DNA from: Hydrolagus affinis
Taxonomy: Eukaryota
Length of the DNA stretch: 64,000 bases
Direction of reading: 5' to 3'
Assembly: GCA_012026655.1 (NCBI GenBank)
Contig: JAAILG010000520.1
Coordinates: forward strand, 1-64,000
Within the stretch, counting starts at the first letter, position 1, and each line of letters begins with the position of its first letter. The notes below the pieces were generated by a model that had not been told where the DNA came from, made no database searches, and was given only the letters and a program-made list of their open reading frames with translations. Shown here piece after piece: positions 51,621-64,000 of the stretch. The translations under genes and the position numbers were made by a program.

Positions 51621-52669
51621 GTGGAAGGCCAGATACATATTTTCTCACCTCACTCACTACAACTCGTGTGAAAAGCAATGGGGGCTTGGCTTGCCTCAAG
51701 TTTCCTGTTCCTTCAACTGTTTACGGCTCAGCTCAGTTTCTTTTGAAACGTTTTTTTCCCCCCTCAGTGTTGCCCAACGCGTTGCTATAGCAACTGAGAC
51801 AATGTTCCAGCCTGTAAAGAGTTTGATAAGAGGATTTTAAGCAGCGCTGGTTTCACTTAAATAAGTAAATAAGAGTTTCCCTCACTCTCTGTGTCCTGTA
51901 TTTCTCTCTTACTGCTTCGCAACAACTCGGGTTATAATGAATACATAAAGAATACGAAGAATGCCCTTTTTGGAATTCATGCTCTGGTAAGCTGCAGAAT
52001 CGCGCAGGGCACAGGCAGCTTTGCCCTGCAGTTCTGCGTCCCTAAGTTAGGTAGCCATTGTTCAATGGTGCCTGCTGCTACACACATTCATTGTGCTTCA
52101 CTGCCCATGAGGTCACCTCACCTTGAAGCGACACGGCTCGACTCAGTTTTCAAAGGCAAGAATAAGAGGAAGCAGCAAGATGAGAGAGAGAGACAGAGAC
52201 AGAGAAACAAACAAGGAAAAACATCTTCTGTACATTATACATAGTAACAGATGGTCAGCAATGAATTACTGACGTGAGAGGAGTCCCTTGTTGGATTTTG
52301 GGCACCGCTGCTCTACAGTCTGGCCCAACAATCTCAGATTGCATCTGTGTGTCTAATTCATCCCAAACCCAATGTTTTATTTTTTAAATAATTTGTTTTC
52401 TAGAAGAATGAATTCGCCTAATTGTCTTGTGATAAATCATGCATGGGAATGTTATGGACCTGAATGTTACATATCTGATCTAGCTTCACAGCTCCTGTTC
52501 CTCAGAAGACTGGGGTACATTATTGAAACGATAAGAAGCTGAATGGATTTTTAAGCAGTTTGTTCAATTGCTGACAAATGAGTTGGTTAAGGAAAAAAGA
52601 GGCAATGCTTCAAAACACCACAATTGAGTTTCTCAAAAGAGCTGATGTTACCAGAACCCAGCCAGCAGT

Positions 52670-52746
52670 GTCAAACGCTTTTGAGACGTCCTCCCGATAC
52701 GAAAGGCATTAAATAAATGTAAATTGTATTATAAATTGTATTGTAT
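52670..52746 (+). mobile_element. L2 3' end, (TTGTA)n-tailed subfamily
   Basis: gagacgtcctcccgatacgaaaggcatt..aaatgtaaattgtattataaattgtattgta. Confidence 0.8.
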
Positions 52747-53234
52747 AACATTTGAGACTGACAGGCAGAAAAAGCCTCGTGCACAAACAGGAGTTTGAAG
52801 TATTCGAGGGCAGCACTTGCAAGAATTCTGTGCCTTTAAAATATGCATTTTAAAAGTTGAAGTGACCTCATATTTCTGCTGTTCCAGTTGGGTCTCTGTG
52901 AAGTCATCATTGTTTGTAAACAGGAATTTCTGGCTTCATAAGCCAAAAGATTCCTAACATTTCTCCTTTAGGATCCTGATTGCAATCAAACGATTGTAAA
53001 GGTTTACCAGTAATTCAAAATAGTGCGTTAAAGAACAGGACGGAACAGTTTGGCATGAGCTCAAGTATTTGAAGATGATGTGTTATTATCACAAAACACA
53101 TCACAGACTCTCAAACACCCTGAAACCAGTTCACCAAGTTAAATGGAATGAAAAAACAACAGCTAAACCATCAGATAATTTTAAACAAACAGACAGAAGG
53201 GATAGAAGCAGGAGTTATTAAGATAATTTAATGG

Positions 53235-53545
53235 TGGGGGTAGTCTCGATGATGTAGTGGGTACAGCTGCAGCTTACACACCAGGCGTTTGCTGGTTCAT
53301 ATGGAGTTTACTGCTCTCAGTCAGAGCCACATGGGAAAGCTAAATTGGCTCCAGCCCTTCCTCGGGTTAGGAAGTGGAACACCAACTAATGTCCATGGTC
53401 CCTCTACAGCACCCTCCACTGGCAGTGTGTGAGCCTGTGTGGCGGCCGGGTGGGAAGAGGACACGCTCAACTATTGTATCCTCTACAGTAACCTGTAAAC
53501 ATTTACCATCAAGACACATACATGCACAATAGCCAATTGGGTATC
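53235..53545 (+). mobile_element. Old SINE-like repeat (related minus-strand remnant near 32590-32699)
   Basis: A-box-like gatgtagtgggta, then aattggctccagccc..gggttaggaag; family recalled from chondrichthyan genomes, not verified. Confidence 0.4.
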
Positions 53546-53627
53546 AAAGACTGGGTCAGGATCGGAGGGGCATATACCAGAGCAGAAAAATAATTGGAAA
53601 ATCTAATTCCTCCGATTGCCTAAGTAA

Positions 53628-53765
53628 ACATAGAAACAGGAGTAGTCTATTCAGCACCTCAAATCTGTTCTGCCATTTTATAAAATCATGGCTGATCTGT
53701 ACCTCAAGTCCAGTCACCCGCCATTGTCCCATATCCCTTAACACACTTGCCTAACAAACATCTAA
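53628..53765 (-). mobile_element. CR1/HER1-type 3' end
   Basis: Reverse complement of aggagtag.ctattcagc..atcatggctgatct..cccatatccctt matches 430-545. Confidence 0.85.
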
Positions 53766-54494
53766 TCATGCAACTTGGTGCAGAAATGGACCATATAAGC
53801 CAGCAAATCGTAGGTGCTGAGTTGCTGTATGTGTTTATGTGGCATACATTAGCCTCAGCACCCTCCCAATCAAGAACCATCATGTTGTAGCTTCTAGTCT
53901 CAATCAAACGTGCATTGTGTTCCAGCACATAGCCTCCATGAAAAACCATCGTGCTGTGACACCCAGAGTCACTGAAGAACCATCACATTTTATCACCAGC
54001 TTGTTAACTACATTGAAGACAGCAGCCATGATTGGAGGCAAACTGCTTTACAATGGGATTTTCTTTGAAAACAAAAGCACTGACAAATGTTATTTTAAAT
54101 TAGATACAAGATCTTTCAAATAATTTTGAATTCAAAATCCTATTCAAGGCCTCCAATTAGGATCTTATAATCCTTGCATTTGCACCTTATCCTTGATACT
54201 GTTGAAGCCTCACATCAATGTTTTCAAAAAAATGATATTTTTGTTTAAATAGAAAGCATTGTTGACAAAGCTTAGGCTCAAAGGAATTATGACAGTAAAT
54301 CCAGGGAGATGAATGCACACAAGTCTTAATTCAATTGTCTCACAGTTGAGTTTAGCAGATTTTTTTGCTGTTGTTTTTTAGAAAGTCCTTTCAGTAACCT
54401 ATGTTGTCTCTCTGAACCCTCAAATGTCTTGTACACAAAATCTCAAACACTGATCATTCACCTTACATACATAGGCCCACTGCACTTTATCATA

Positions 54495-54630
54495 TATCCT
54501 GTGAAGCAATTGGGGATATCCTCCAGACGTGAAAGGAGCTATACCAAATATAAACACTCTGGAATGCTACCGTGCATAAGCAGTGCTTATGTGAATAAGT
54601 TGATGTTGTTGTTGTAAGGATTATTATTAT
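54495..54630 (+). mobile_element. SINE tail interrupted by a degenerate (TTG)n-tailed fragment
   Basis: cctgtgaagc..gacgtgaaaggagctatacc aaat [..ttgttgttgt] aaggattattattat. Confidence 0.55.
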
Positions 54631-55682
54631 ATTATCTATATACACAAAATTATACACAAAATTACACACAGATGCACAGGCATTAATATGAAAGAAAAAA
54701 CCCCAGAACGTACTAACTGACAAATGTGCAATGTGGTGTTGATTTTTTAAAATATATTTCTCTTTTGTTAAGAGAACCAAACCACCTGCTTCTTTGGGCC
54801 TGACATTTCCCTGGCCACTTATCCAATACAACGCTCCTCATTCACCATTACACCTGCAATTCTATCCGGTGTGGCTTGCAGGTGATATCCCAGGAGGAAT
54901 GTGCAGCTCGCACATCCTTAGTGCACTCCCAGCCCTAGAGATGCCATCACAACACCACCCGCTTAAGCAATTAGTCTATGCAGGTGGCAAGCTACATCTC
55001 TAGAAAACGTGGCACGTTTTCTTCAAACCTACTGCAGACTCACAATTATCACTTATAGTGTTGCACAAAGCAAGATCAGTGTTCTGAGCGAGGGGTGCAA
55101 TAAGCATTTTGGCCATTGCCATAATGGTACTCAGGGTTATTCTACAGAAAATAAACTATGTTTCTCTAAATGACTGAAGACCATGGAGACTTCACTTTAC
55201 ATTGGATTGGGGCTACACTGAGAACAAGTCATGTGCAGAGCTATAATATTAACCCTATAGGGGCTAAAATGTTTTTATATGCTATGTTTTCCCTTGAGAA
55301 AGAGAAACAAAAGAATATCAGACAATGTGGTGGAATAATTATGTGGTGCATTTTTGAGGTAATACATTGTTATCTGCTCCACTGCATTATGAACAACAAA
55401 GATCTAGATCAGTTCTGTTCTAGATTTACACGAACCATGGATGAAGGTGCTCTTTCAATGAAGGGCTGCTAGCTGAAAGCCAAGGCAAGAGTTATATTAG
55501 CTAGGACACAAGGTGATGAGAAAGGGTGAGTGATCATCAATAAACATCTGCTCAAGTTAAGCTGGCAATCCGCAAGGAACAAAGCTGAGTGAGTTATGTG
55601 CTGCCTCAATACCACAACCATTTGTCTATTGCATTCTCTATACAAGGAGCTGAAATTATATCATACAATTAATTTTCACATA

Positions 55683-55948
55683 AATAAAATAACCCTTGCA
55701 CTTGACAAAGTGCCTTTTTTATGCCTCAAAAATCTCTGTAAAATATAATGACAGTATTTGTAGATGAACATGGCAGCCAAATTGGACCAGCAGTGTCCCA
55801 CAAACAGCCATGAAGTGAATAACCAATTCACTGGGAGGGATTGCTGGCCAAGACACTGGGAGAAACTCCCTTCTTTTTTCAAACAGTGCCATGGGAATTT
55901 TGACAACCCCCTTAATCGGCAGACAGGACCTTGGTTTAACATCTCATG
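55683..55948 (-). mobile_element. DeuSINE with a well-preserved Deu domain
   Basis: Reverse complement tgagatgttaaaccaaggtcctgtctgcc..cccatggcactgtttgaa..gggagtttctcccagtgtcttggcc..ggctgtttgtgggacactgctg. Confidence 0.85.
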
Positions 55949-56821
55949 TACAGGAGTGATGAATAATAATTGCACAGGATGATAAACACATGCAAACATC
56001 ACTTTACCAGGTCCATCTTTACATCCTGATGGAAGTTAGAGTGCAGCCGAATCAAGATACAGGGCTCTAATATACAGAGAGATTTGTAACAGGAGTTAGT
56101 AGATGTAACTAGATCTTGTACCTGAACTGGGAGCACAAGACTGGGCGTCCAAAATGGGAAGGTGCTGCATTCTTCACAAATGAGTCATTCAGATTGATGA
56201 ACAAACAGCAAATCTATGGCCCAAATATTCTTGAGTGCATCTTTCTAGGATATGAACATGCCTCCTCATTCCATGTAGAGCAATCCAATGGATTAAAAAA
56301 TATGCCAAGATCAGATGAGTTCGGGAGAGGTTAGCACTCAAAACCATAATGAATAATTATTGCCTGAAATGGTGATGTTTCTCAACAGACTCAATGCGAT
56401 AAACACTGAATTCATTTGTTATAAAAACTATCAGATTTTTCATCCCAAGAGATGCTGCAACATGAAAGTTTCCTTAAGGGAGGGCAGGAGGAGAGTGTTG
56501 CAACTTGCGCATAAGAGACTCAGTTTCCTGAAAGCAGCCAGTCATAATTTTCCTGGAACAATTCAATGCGAGTTTTATAGATTGCAACATGTGCCAAGTT
56601 TTGCCTTTTTAACAGTTTGAGAACACTTGACTATGAGAACTGACTGTTCTCGTATTCTATCAACCATTGTGGAGATCAAACAAGCTGACAAAATAAAACA
56701 GCAGTTCACACTGACCAGGAACTAGGATTTAACATTACTATAACATATCTGCCCTCTCTGAGCACAGTTTTATATAAGTTGCAGTATGTAATAGGGTTCA
56801 AAGTGCGGGTGAGGCTAATTA

Positions 56822-56975
56822 ATTCATGGCTGTTTGTGGAACATTGCAGTAGTCAAATTGACTGCCACGTCACCTGCAAATACACAGTCACTACACTTTA
56901 GAGAAAACCTTGCGAAGAGGTTTGAGTTGTTTTGCTGTGATAAGATGCTATATCAAATGCTTAGAGTATTATAAC
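56822..56975 (+). mobile_element. SINE 3' half
   Basis: catggctgtttgtgg..aaattgactgcc..acagtcactacacttt..tgataagatgctatatcaaatgc. Confidence 0.75.
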
Positions 56976-59566
56976 TACTGGGCTTTCCATACTCACAAGC
57001 ACATACAGGTGACCTTAGTTATATAACCAACATAGAGGATTAAAGAGTTACCTGTAATCATTCTCATTTGTACTACTTATACAATTCAGGATATGTGTAT
57101 GCGTCTGAATACAATTAGCCCATGGACTATTAACCCAACCCATATTTTAGACCGTATTGCAGCACTGCCGTGTGCTTATCACAGCTCAGTCTAACTACGA
57201 GGTTGCTGTCAAAGAAATGCGCTACAAAAACATATATTTTCATTGTGATTCTTTATGAAGATTTTCCACATTTGTTTTTAAGCTGGATACAAACTCCAAT
57301 TTCAGTTGACTCATGCTGATGACCTCTGACCTTCTCTCCTAGGTTCGGGGTCTGTAACTGGCAGAAAAGATGAAGAACAAAGAACGGCAGAACAGCAGTA
57401 TGACGAGGAAGCCATGCTAAAAGGGACCGTGGCTACACCAACCTTGAACATAATAGCATGTTTGCCAGATTTTCTATTAAAATGCCACAGAGGCTGTTTC
57501 AGTGTCTACCTCCGCAACAATACAACCGTGGGAAAACTCTGGTGGGGTAAATGCATATTTTGTGAGTTACGCACAGACACTGGCACAGGTCGCAATCCAC
57601 GTGTTCAGACAACACAAAGCAGAATTGAGAGCAAACCAACTAAAGGAATACAGCAGAAGGGATTCTTTCATTGTAGTGCATATGGCATTCAGGCATTAGC
57701 TCACAAAGCTCATTACGTGATACCAAGTCCTCAATTCAGACTGGATGCTGTTTCTCAAATGCCAGTCCTCATCGCCAGCGACTGTGCCATCAACAAAAAG
57801 ACAATCACAGTGATGACCTAGTGAGAGGATTTTCACTATTCTCAGAACTGCTTTAAATGTACAAACTCAAATACAAATGGATCTTGGTCACATTTGTGGG
57901 TTTTAGAGAGGGGTTCACCAGAATCGGTGCCTACAACCCTCACAGCTATGCTGTTGGATTTCGCCCAGCTGCCTCAACCTTCACACAACCAACTAAAGGG
58001 AGGTTTCAGCAATACTGCTCTAAAACAAAAGACGCTGTGTGTGTGCGATTAAGCTAGCTCGAGTGGTTGTTGGGGCCACATTTTCCCATTCCCTTCAAAA
58101 AATAAACTCACGGCACAAAGCTGTGTGTTTTATCTATAATTAATTTGCAAAGTTAGGGAGCTGCAGAAACTTCAAAATCCTTGTGAGAGAGAAAAAACAA
58201 CTCATAATGCTTGAACGCTTGGGAAGTTAGTTTTATCAGATGCAAATCATGTGATAACATCTTCTACTGACACCTGAATCAGTCATATTCAGAGGCACGG
58301 CAAGAGGAGAGCAGAAAAGCAGCTGGAACTTACTGCTTGTCCCCAGCTAGGTCACTGGACCTTGAGGGTAGTTATTAAGGTGAATGATAAATAGTTTTCA
58401 ATTCAAACAAACAGAATTGCGTTATTGTACATCTTATTTTTAAAAATCAAAGCTCCTCTATAAGCCATTTCACCTCTGTTTCAATAAGAAAATCTGTAGT
58501 CTGAATAAGTAAATTGTAGAAAAATTGCAAGTTTTTGTTTTCCCTTGCTTTGGCCTTAACTGATGTAAAAGTGAGAGGGCTTATATCAAAAGCTATCAGA
58601 CTGGGAGTGGGAGAAACTCATCAGGGATAATAGTGGAAAAAGTACATTCAGCAAAAGCTTGCTATGTCCCCAAAGATTCTGAAAATCAAACAGGTTTCTA
58701 CAAAGTTTTTAACCCTCAAACCTGGAACATTTGCGGGGAAACACAATTTCTATTGTAGAAGCTGATGAGTCTGAGCAACGTGGAAACAGATTTCAGAAGA
58801 TCTCTCCTATCCAGTTCCACTCCACAAGTTTACCCATTTATACGTTGGGTCTGAAACCTGATGTTTCACTCAGTCTTGGTCTGTAAGACAGTTTTGTCTT
58901 AAAATTTAAGAACATTTCATAGAAAACATTGTTGAAAATTCTTCATTTCAGCCTTATCGCCAGGATATGGTTTGGGGTACTATTGAAGTATAACCAGCTA
59001 AAATGGCAGAGCTTGACATTGAGAGCACTATCTGGCAAGCTTCTCACTCCTTCCTTGTCCAGCTAGGAGAATCCTTGCCCCTTCAAAGTCTTGCACAAAC
59101 CTATCTGGCTGTGCTGTCATCAGCAGTATCCTGGAGTACAACAGTACCACCCGGCCCAGGAATTGGACTACCAAGACAGCCACAGAGATTTGATCATATT
59201 CTAACATCCAATCCTGAAACATGTCACCCTGAAGGCAATACAACTACAAGGAGACCCTGCTCATCTTCTTCCTCTCCCCCACCAACCCAACCTAGTTTAG
59301 TAACTACTAAACTTGTGCGGGGAAGTGTCAAATACCTGACAGCTCATTCACAGTAGCTTACCGTGAACTCTAAGACTTTCTTATTCCTAAAATAACTTTA
59401 TTCCCAACAAACGTTTTGAATTTAACTATAGGAATTATCTTACATCTCCTTTCTATTCTTCTCTCCAATAACCAACATGAAGTTCCCTCATTGTGGATAC
59501 AAGTATCAAACTGTACATTTAAAGCAAGCAGCACTTCAGCATTAGTTACAGTTCTTGAGACATTAT

Positions 59567-59620
59567 AGCACAGGACAGGACAAGCCAGCACAGGACAGGA
59601 CAAGCCAGCACAGGACAGGA
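59567..59620. repeat. 20-bp minisatellite, about 2.7 copies
   Basis: Unit agcacaggacaggacaagcc, perfect copies with no spacers. Confidence 0.9.
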
Positions 59621-61225
59621 TAGCAAAGTGCATCCTGGAGCGTTCAGACAAGTGTTGACTCTTGCTCCCACCGTCAGTTCACACCCGCTGACAAATGTTC
59701 AGCCTCATATCCAGGCACCACGATCACCTCACATCAAAACATCTCAAACAGATTTAACGCAATTTCTTGTTAAAAGGATGCACAGCAGTCATTTCAAGGC
59801 TGCAAAATGTTCCTGAGTTCAGAAGATGTTCTTACCCAAGTAGCTTAGATCTTGTATTTAACAGATTGCCTGAACACCTACCCATGTGCTAGTGCCTCAT
59901 ACACAAATGCAGCAGTGATACAATACTTATTGTGTCAGTTTAACATGAAACCTGCTTTGGGGGCATCAAGGTATTTGACCAGCAACGACCACCATTATGA
60001 CTATGACTTGTTCAAACATCCAAGTCTGCCTCGTAATACTGCAGATCTAACTGACTTTGCCAGAAATATCTCCCAATTGCTAGTCGTGGCACACATTTCG
60101 CCAATCTGAAAAGGGTAAAGGACTGAGCTTAGAGCGGAAAACTTTCCTGCCCCCAAGTGCCCACTTAGCAATGTTGGAAGGTACACAGAATAACTCCACC
60201 AAAGTCACACTCACTATCAGTAGCAGAGATTAGCTGGAACCACTCGGTGCAAAGTCCATCGGTTTCTGGACAGTCAAAACATAAAACGCAAAACATCAAA
60301 AATGATTTCATGCATTTAACAAGAATTCAGGTTGTTGCACTCAACTACTTTTAAGCTTCTAATAATAGAGAAAGTCACTAAGATCTCTGCCAGTTTCTGT
60401 CTAAATTTTATAAGTTCTTGGGATGTAGTGGCTGGTGAGCTGGGCTCTGTGCCTGTGTGTAAAGTCCATCTGCTCTCCACTGCCTGATGTGAGAGCAGTT
60501 TGGGCACAAAAGCTCCGCACTAGCCAGTCACACCATCTCAACAATTTTCCCAGTGTCTCGGGAATATCAGTAACAAAGGCATACAAGTTGGTTTCTTATG
60601 TGCAATGCGTGTCATCCTTTATACTGTCAGTCACCAGACAGAGAAGCTGTGATAAAATGTGTTTTGGGGAAAAAAAAGTAGCTCGGCTTCCCCAGGCACT
60701 TAACAAGAGCAGCAGGAACTGGCACTAAACTATTGTCATCATTGTTTGAGCTGACACGACAGTTTTCAATGTTGGTTTTTGGTTATATTTAACATTACAA
60801 ACCTACGACTAATACTTTCCGGATTTAGGTAGGTGGGGTGCAATCTTTCTGGGAGAGAGTTTTCATTCTATTACGCAGGCAAATTTCTATATGTAGGTGA
60901 CATAAATTAAACCTTCAGACCGGGTTGGATACTCTTGAGCATAATGATGGTTTTCCATGTGTGGTAGACACCCAGCTGACCAAAAACAAATTAAACCACA
61001 ATCTAAAACATATTGGGGACAATTTTGCAATATTTCTTAACACTATTAAAACAGAAAGTTTGTGGTGCCAACTGAGGAGAATTCTGCTATGACTGTATTT
61101 TTGAAGTTTGAATCAACTCCCAATAACCTGCATGGCACTTTCGATCACTAGTGTTTCCAGCACTTGGATTTCATATTGAGAAAATCCCACTGAGTTGACC
61201 CCCATTGTGTTATAATATATATACT

Positions 61226-61567
61226 AAAATAATCCTTGCATTTGATATAACACCCATCGCATTTTCGAGACGTCTCAAAACGCTTCACAGAATTTACTGT
61301 AAAGTGAATTGATTGTATATTTTGTGGGTGAAACACGGCAGCCAATTGCATATAGTAGTGACCAAATTATATATCTTTTGGAGTGATTATTACACCTGGA
61401 AAAGCAGTCCCGCAATCAACTAATAACCAGGTTTCTATTTACTGTTAGGTAAACAAGAGGCATGTGGAGTTCGGAAACCTGCCCAACATTTCGACCCGCC
61501 TGCGATTCAAACCCAGGTCCTCTCGCTTGTGAGCCGACTGCTCTAACCACTAAAATACAGAACTCCA
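61226..61567 (-). mobile_element. tRNA-derived (ATT)n-tailed SINE, full length
   Basis: Reverse complement tggagttctgtattttagtggttagagcag..gcgagaggacctgggtttgaatcgcagg..gcctcttgtttacctaacagtaaatag..; tail caaatgcaaggattatt. Confidence 0.9.
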
Positions 61568-62954
61568 TAATACACTGATGGGCAGAAATTCCACCTGTGT
61601 CAATATTTAGCCTATTTGTGCATCCTTTTAGATTGCATCACCAATTAGAATTGATTAAATATTGGGTAGGGAAACCACCCTCTGGAAAAAAAAAAAAAAT
61701 TCAATCCCATCAAATATCTGGTTCTCCCTTCCTGTCCTTCCCACTGTGAAAACCAGTTGAGCTTTCCAGGGTTTAGTGTTTGGAAGTGCAAAGACATTAA
61801 ATGGACAGCGCACTGCATGTTTTACTAATATATCCCTTCCTGATGGAACCTAGAGAGTCTAAAACATAACACTTTCAGAGTCTCACAAATCTCATGGATT
61901 AAACTTCCCAAATAGGTGGGACCTGGAGGGACCTGGTCCCTCAGCTGGGACCTGGAGCCATTTCTTCAGTCCTACCACTCCTTTACCTGAGATCTTCAGT
62001 AGGCCTGCTATACCCCGCGTTCACAATTTTGCATTTTTGATCTGCTGGGTTAAGAGGTATTTCCAGAGCTAAGATTCAGCATGATTACCTCTCCTTCTCT
62101 AACATCAAGGAAGAAAAGGCAAAATAAAATGCAGACTTATCCCATCATCCATACAGCTTGACTGAAACTGCGACCCAAGGAAAGTCTTTTGTATTTTGTT
62201 CCTGAATTATCAGTGGCACTAATTATGGACTGTACTTCAGGGATACCGCCAATTTACATTTCGTAGCTTGAGTAGAACGTTTGGCCTTGCAGTCTCTCCC
62301 TTTACTATGAGGACATATCTGGCCTCCATGTATGAAATGCCTATAGTGAACAATGGATCTCACAAGCTGGCTCTGTGGGAAATCATGAGGAACAGGGTCA
62401 GTATCCCACCACTTCACAGAGTAGGCTGTCGGCATTAACCTGAGAGCAGCCCTCAAGCAAGGAAGACAGTGCTTTGAGATTGTGGCAGTCAGTGCAAAGT
62501 TAGCAGTGCTGGTCAGGAAGAATATGTATTGAAAAGGCTAATCACAAGGTGGTTTGTGAGCGGAAATCCACCTCATCACATCACTTTACATTTGTACCAA
62601 GGCACATGAAATTTTAAGAATGAGAAGAAAGTGCATCTTTGCATTTCTCTTTTGCTTTCCCACTTCTGAAAGTCAAGAGGAAGAGGGTGCAAGTTGACAG
62701 AGCAAATGTGGCCTGCCAAGCCTGGTCTGCAAACCACATTGATTTAATGTGACTCATTGATTTGATTTTAAGCAATGATTTACAATTTGTACTTAACTAC
62801 TCTACAAGTGGTGAAATACAATGGAATAATTACCTCAAGTCCAAAGTATTATTTTATATGTTGATCATGTCTTGGAGTTTGGGGGAAGTTAATCTGAGCT
62901 CATTCCTTCTCTACCAATACATGGGTTGAAAACTGTAAATCTGTCTGATGGCAT

Positions 62955-63050
62955 TAATAATAATAAAAATAATCATAATCCCTTAATTTGATATAGCATC
63001 TTGTCACATCTTCTTGGAGTCTCAAAGCACTTCACAGAATATACTGTAAC
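62955..63050 (-). mobile_element. SINE 3' tail
   Basis: taataataat..atttgatatagcatc..gtctcaaagcacttcacagaatatactgtaa. Confidence 0.8.
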
Positions 63051-63430
63051 ATTTAGTGATTATATGTTTTTTGTACATAGGAATATTGTTTTGTGCTGAT
63101 AATTAGAGCTGATCTGAAAGGTTACAGAGTGTGCAACATTCCCACTTCTGGCAGTCCTGGACTTTTGTGTTTGGAAGTGAAATCCAATTGAGTAGGAACA
63201 GAGCAGGAGACGAATCATAAAATACAACACAGGAGTCTCCAAGGAGAGAGGCAAATACAGATTTTGACGCAAGGCACCTCTGTGTCCTGGAGTGGGATCA
63301 GCTTTATTGTGAGGGGAAAGAGAGGAAAAAAGTGACTGCTTGGCAGTGCTTGAACTTATACCAGGTCTGAAGATCAGTCCTTTCCAACCTCCCTCTCATC
63401 AGTATCCAGGGAGTTACCAAGCTTAGAAAG

Positions 63431-64000
63431 AAACAACAACAACAAAATTACATTTATATATGCCTTTTATGTCAGGAGAAGGTACCAAAGCGCTGGACAG
63501 TCAATGCTTCAGACGCGAGCTGGGATTGGGATCGGAGAGGGTGGAGTTATAAGGGATGGTTGGGGATCGTGAACGATGGCACTTTGATGAGGAGGGTCTT
63601 GGGGCGGGAGTTTAAGTAGGCTAGGGAGGGGGCGAGGTGGAGGAATTGTGGGATGGAATTCCAAAGGTTGGGGACAGAGTAGCTGAAGACTCACCCACCA
63701 ATGGTGGGGTGGGTGGGTTGGGGGACATGGAGCAGGCTAGAGTCCACTGAATGGAGGGAGTGGACAGGTTGGTAGAAGCTTAGGAGGTTGCAGAGGTAGG
63801 ATGTGGCAAGGCCATGGAGAGCTTTAAAGTTGAGGACCAGGATCTTCAATTGAATCCTGTGAATGATGGGGAGCCAATGGGGTCATATGAGAATGGGGGA
63901 GATGGGATCACAGAGCTTGGTGCAGCAGAGGACCTAAACTGCAGAGTTCTGGATGATCTGCAGCCTATGGAGGGAGCAGTTGAGAAGGCTGACAAGCAGG
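63431..64000 (-). mobile_element. L2 LINE 3' portion with in-frame stops, continues beyond the window
   Basis: Minus strand LHRLQIIQNSA..HWLPIIHRIQLKILVLNFKALHGLATSYL..LWNSIP; (TTG)n tail at 63431-63445. Confidence 0.95.

Noticed and set aside
58762-58795. Second hammerhead-like CTGATGA...GAAAC
   Set aside because: No stem II pairing between the boxes and no valid stem III or cleavage triplet
59003-59356. 117-aa ORF with good Kozak context (faint FDHILT resemblance to LINE endonuclease)
   Set aside because: No other endonuclease motifs or homology; length is within chance expectation for 64 kb
59567-59620. CRISPR-like direct repeats
   Set aside because: Contiguous tandem units with no spacers, no cas genes, vertebrate context

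Overview
AT-rich, CpG-poor vertebrate non-coding DNA, probably intronic or gene-desert. The repeat content (HER1-like CR1 LINE ends, SacSINE1/AmnSINE1-type DeuSINEs, Penelope-type palindromes, (TTG)n-tailed L2) points to a cartilaginous fish, possibly a chimaera; this is an inference from recalled repeat consensuses. No host protein-coding gene is recognisable. The only clearly protein-like ORFs are LINE ORF2 C-termini (CR1 at 1-464, 8671-8990 and 27361-27690; L2 at 10332-10530, 15199-15490, 28612-28700 and 63560-64000). The window holds many SINE/LINE fragments, several nested, plus a few DNA-transposon MITEs. These are interspersed with repeat-poor, homeobox-motif-rich blocks that look like conserved enhancers, CTCF-like sites and a YY1-rich promoter-like segment near 51 kb. 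The most notable items are a hammerhead-ribozyme core in a Penelope-type element, an apparently domain-swapped tRNA-Ala SINE family, an unclassified dispersed repeat pair and a candidate orphan exon. I found no evidence for a new multi-gene system. All coordinates, identities and counts were read by eye, so boundaries are approximate.
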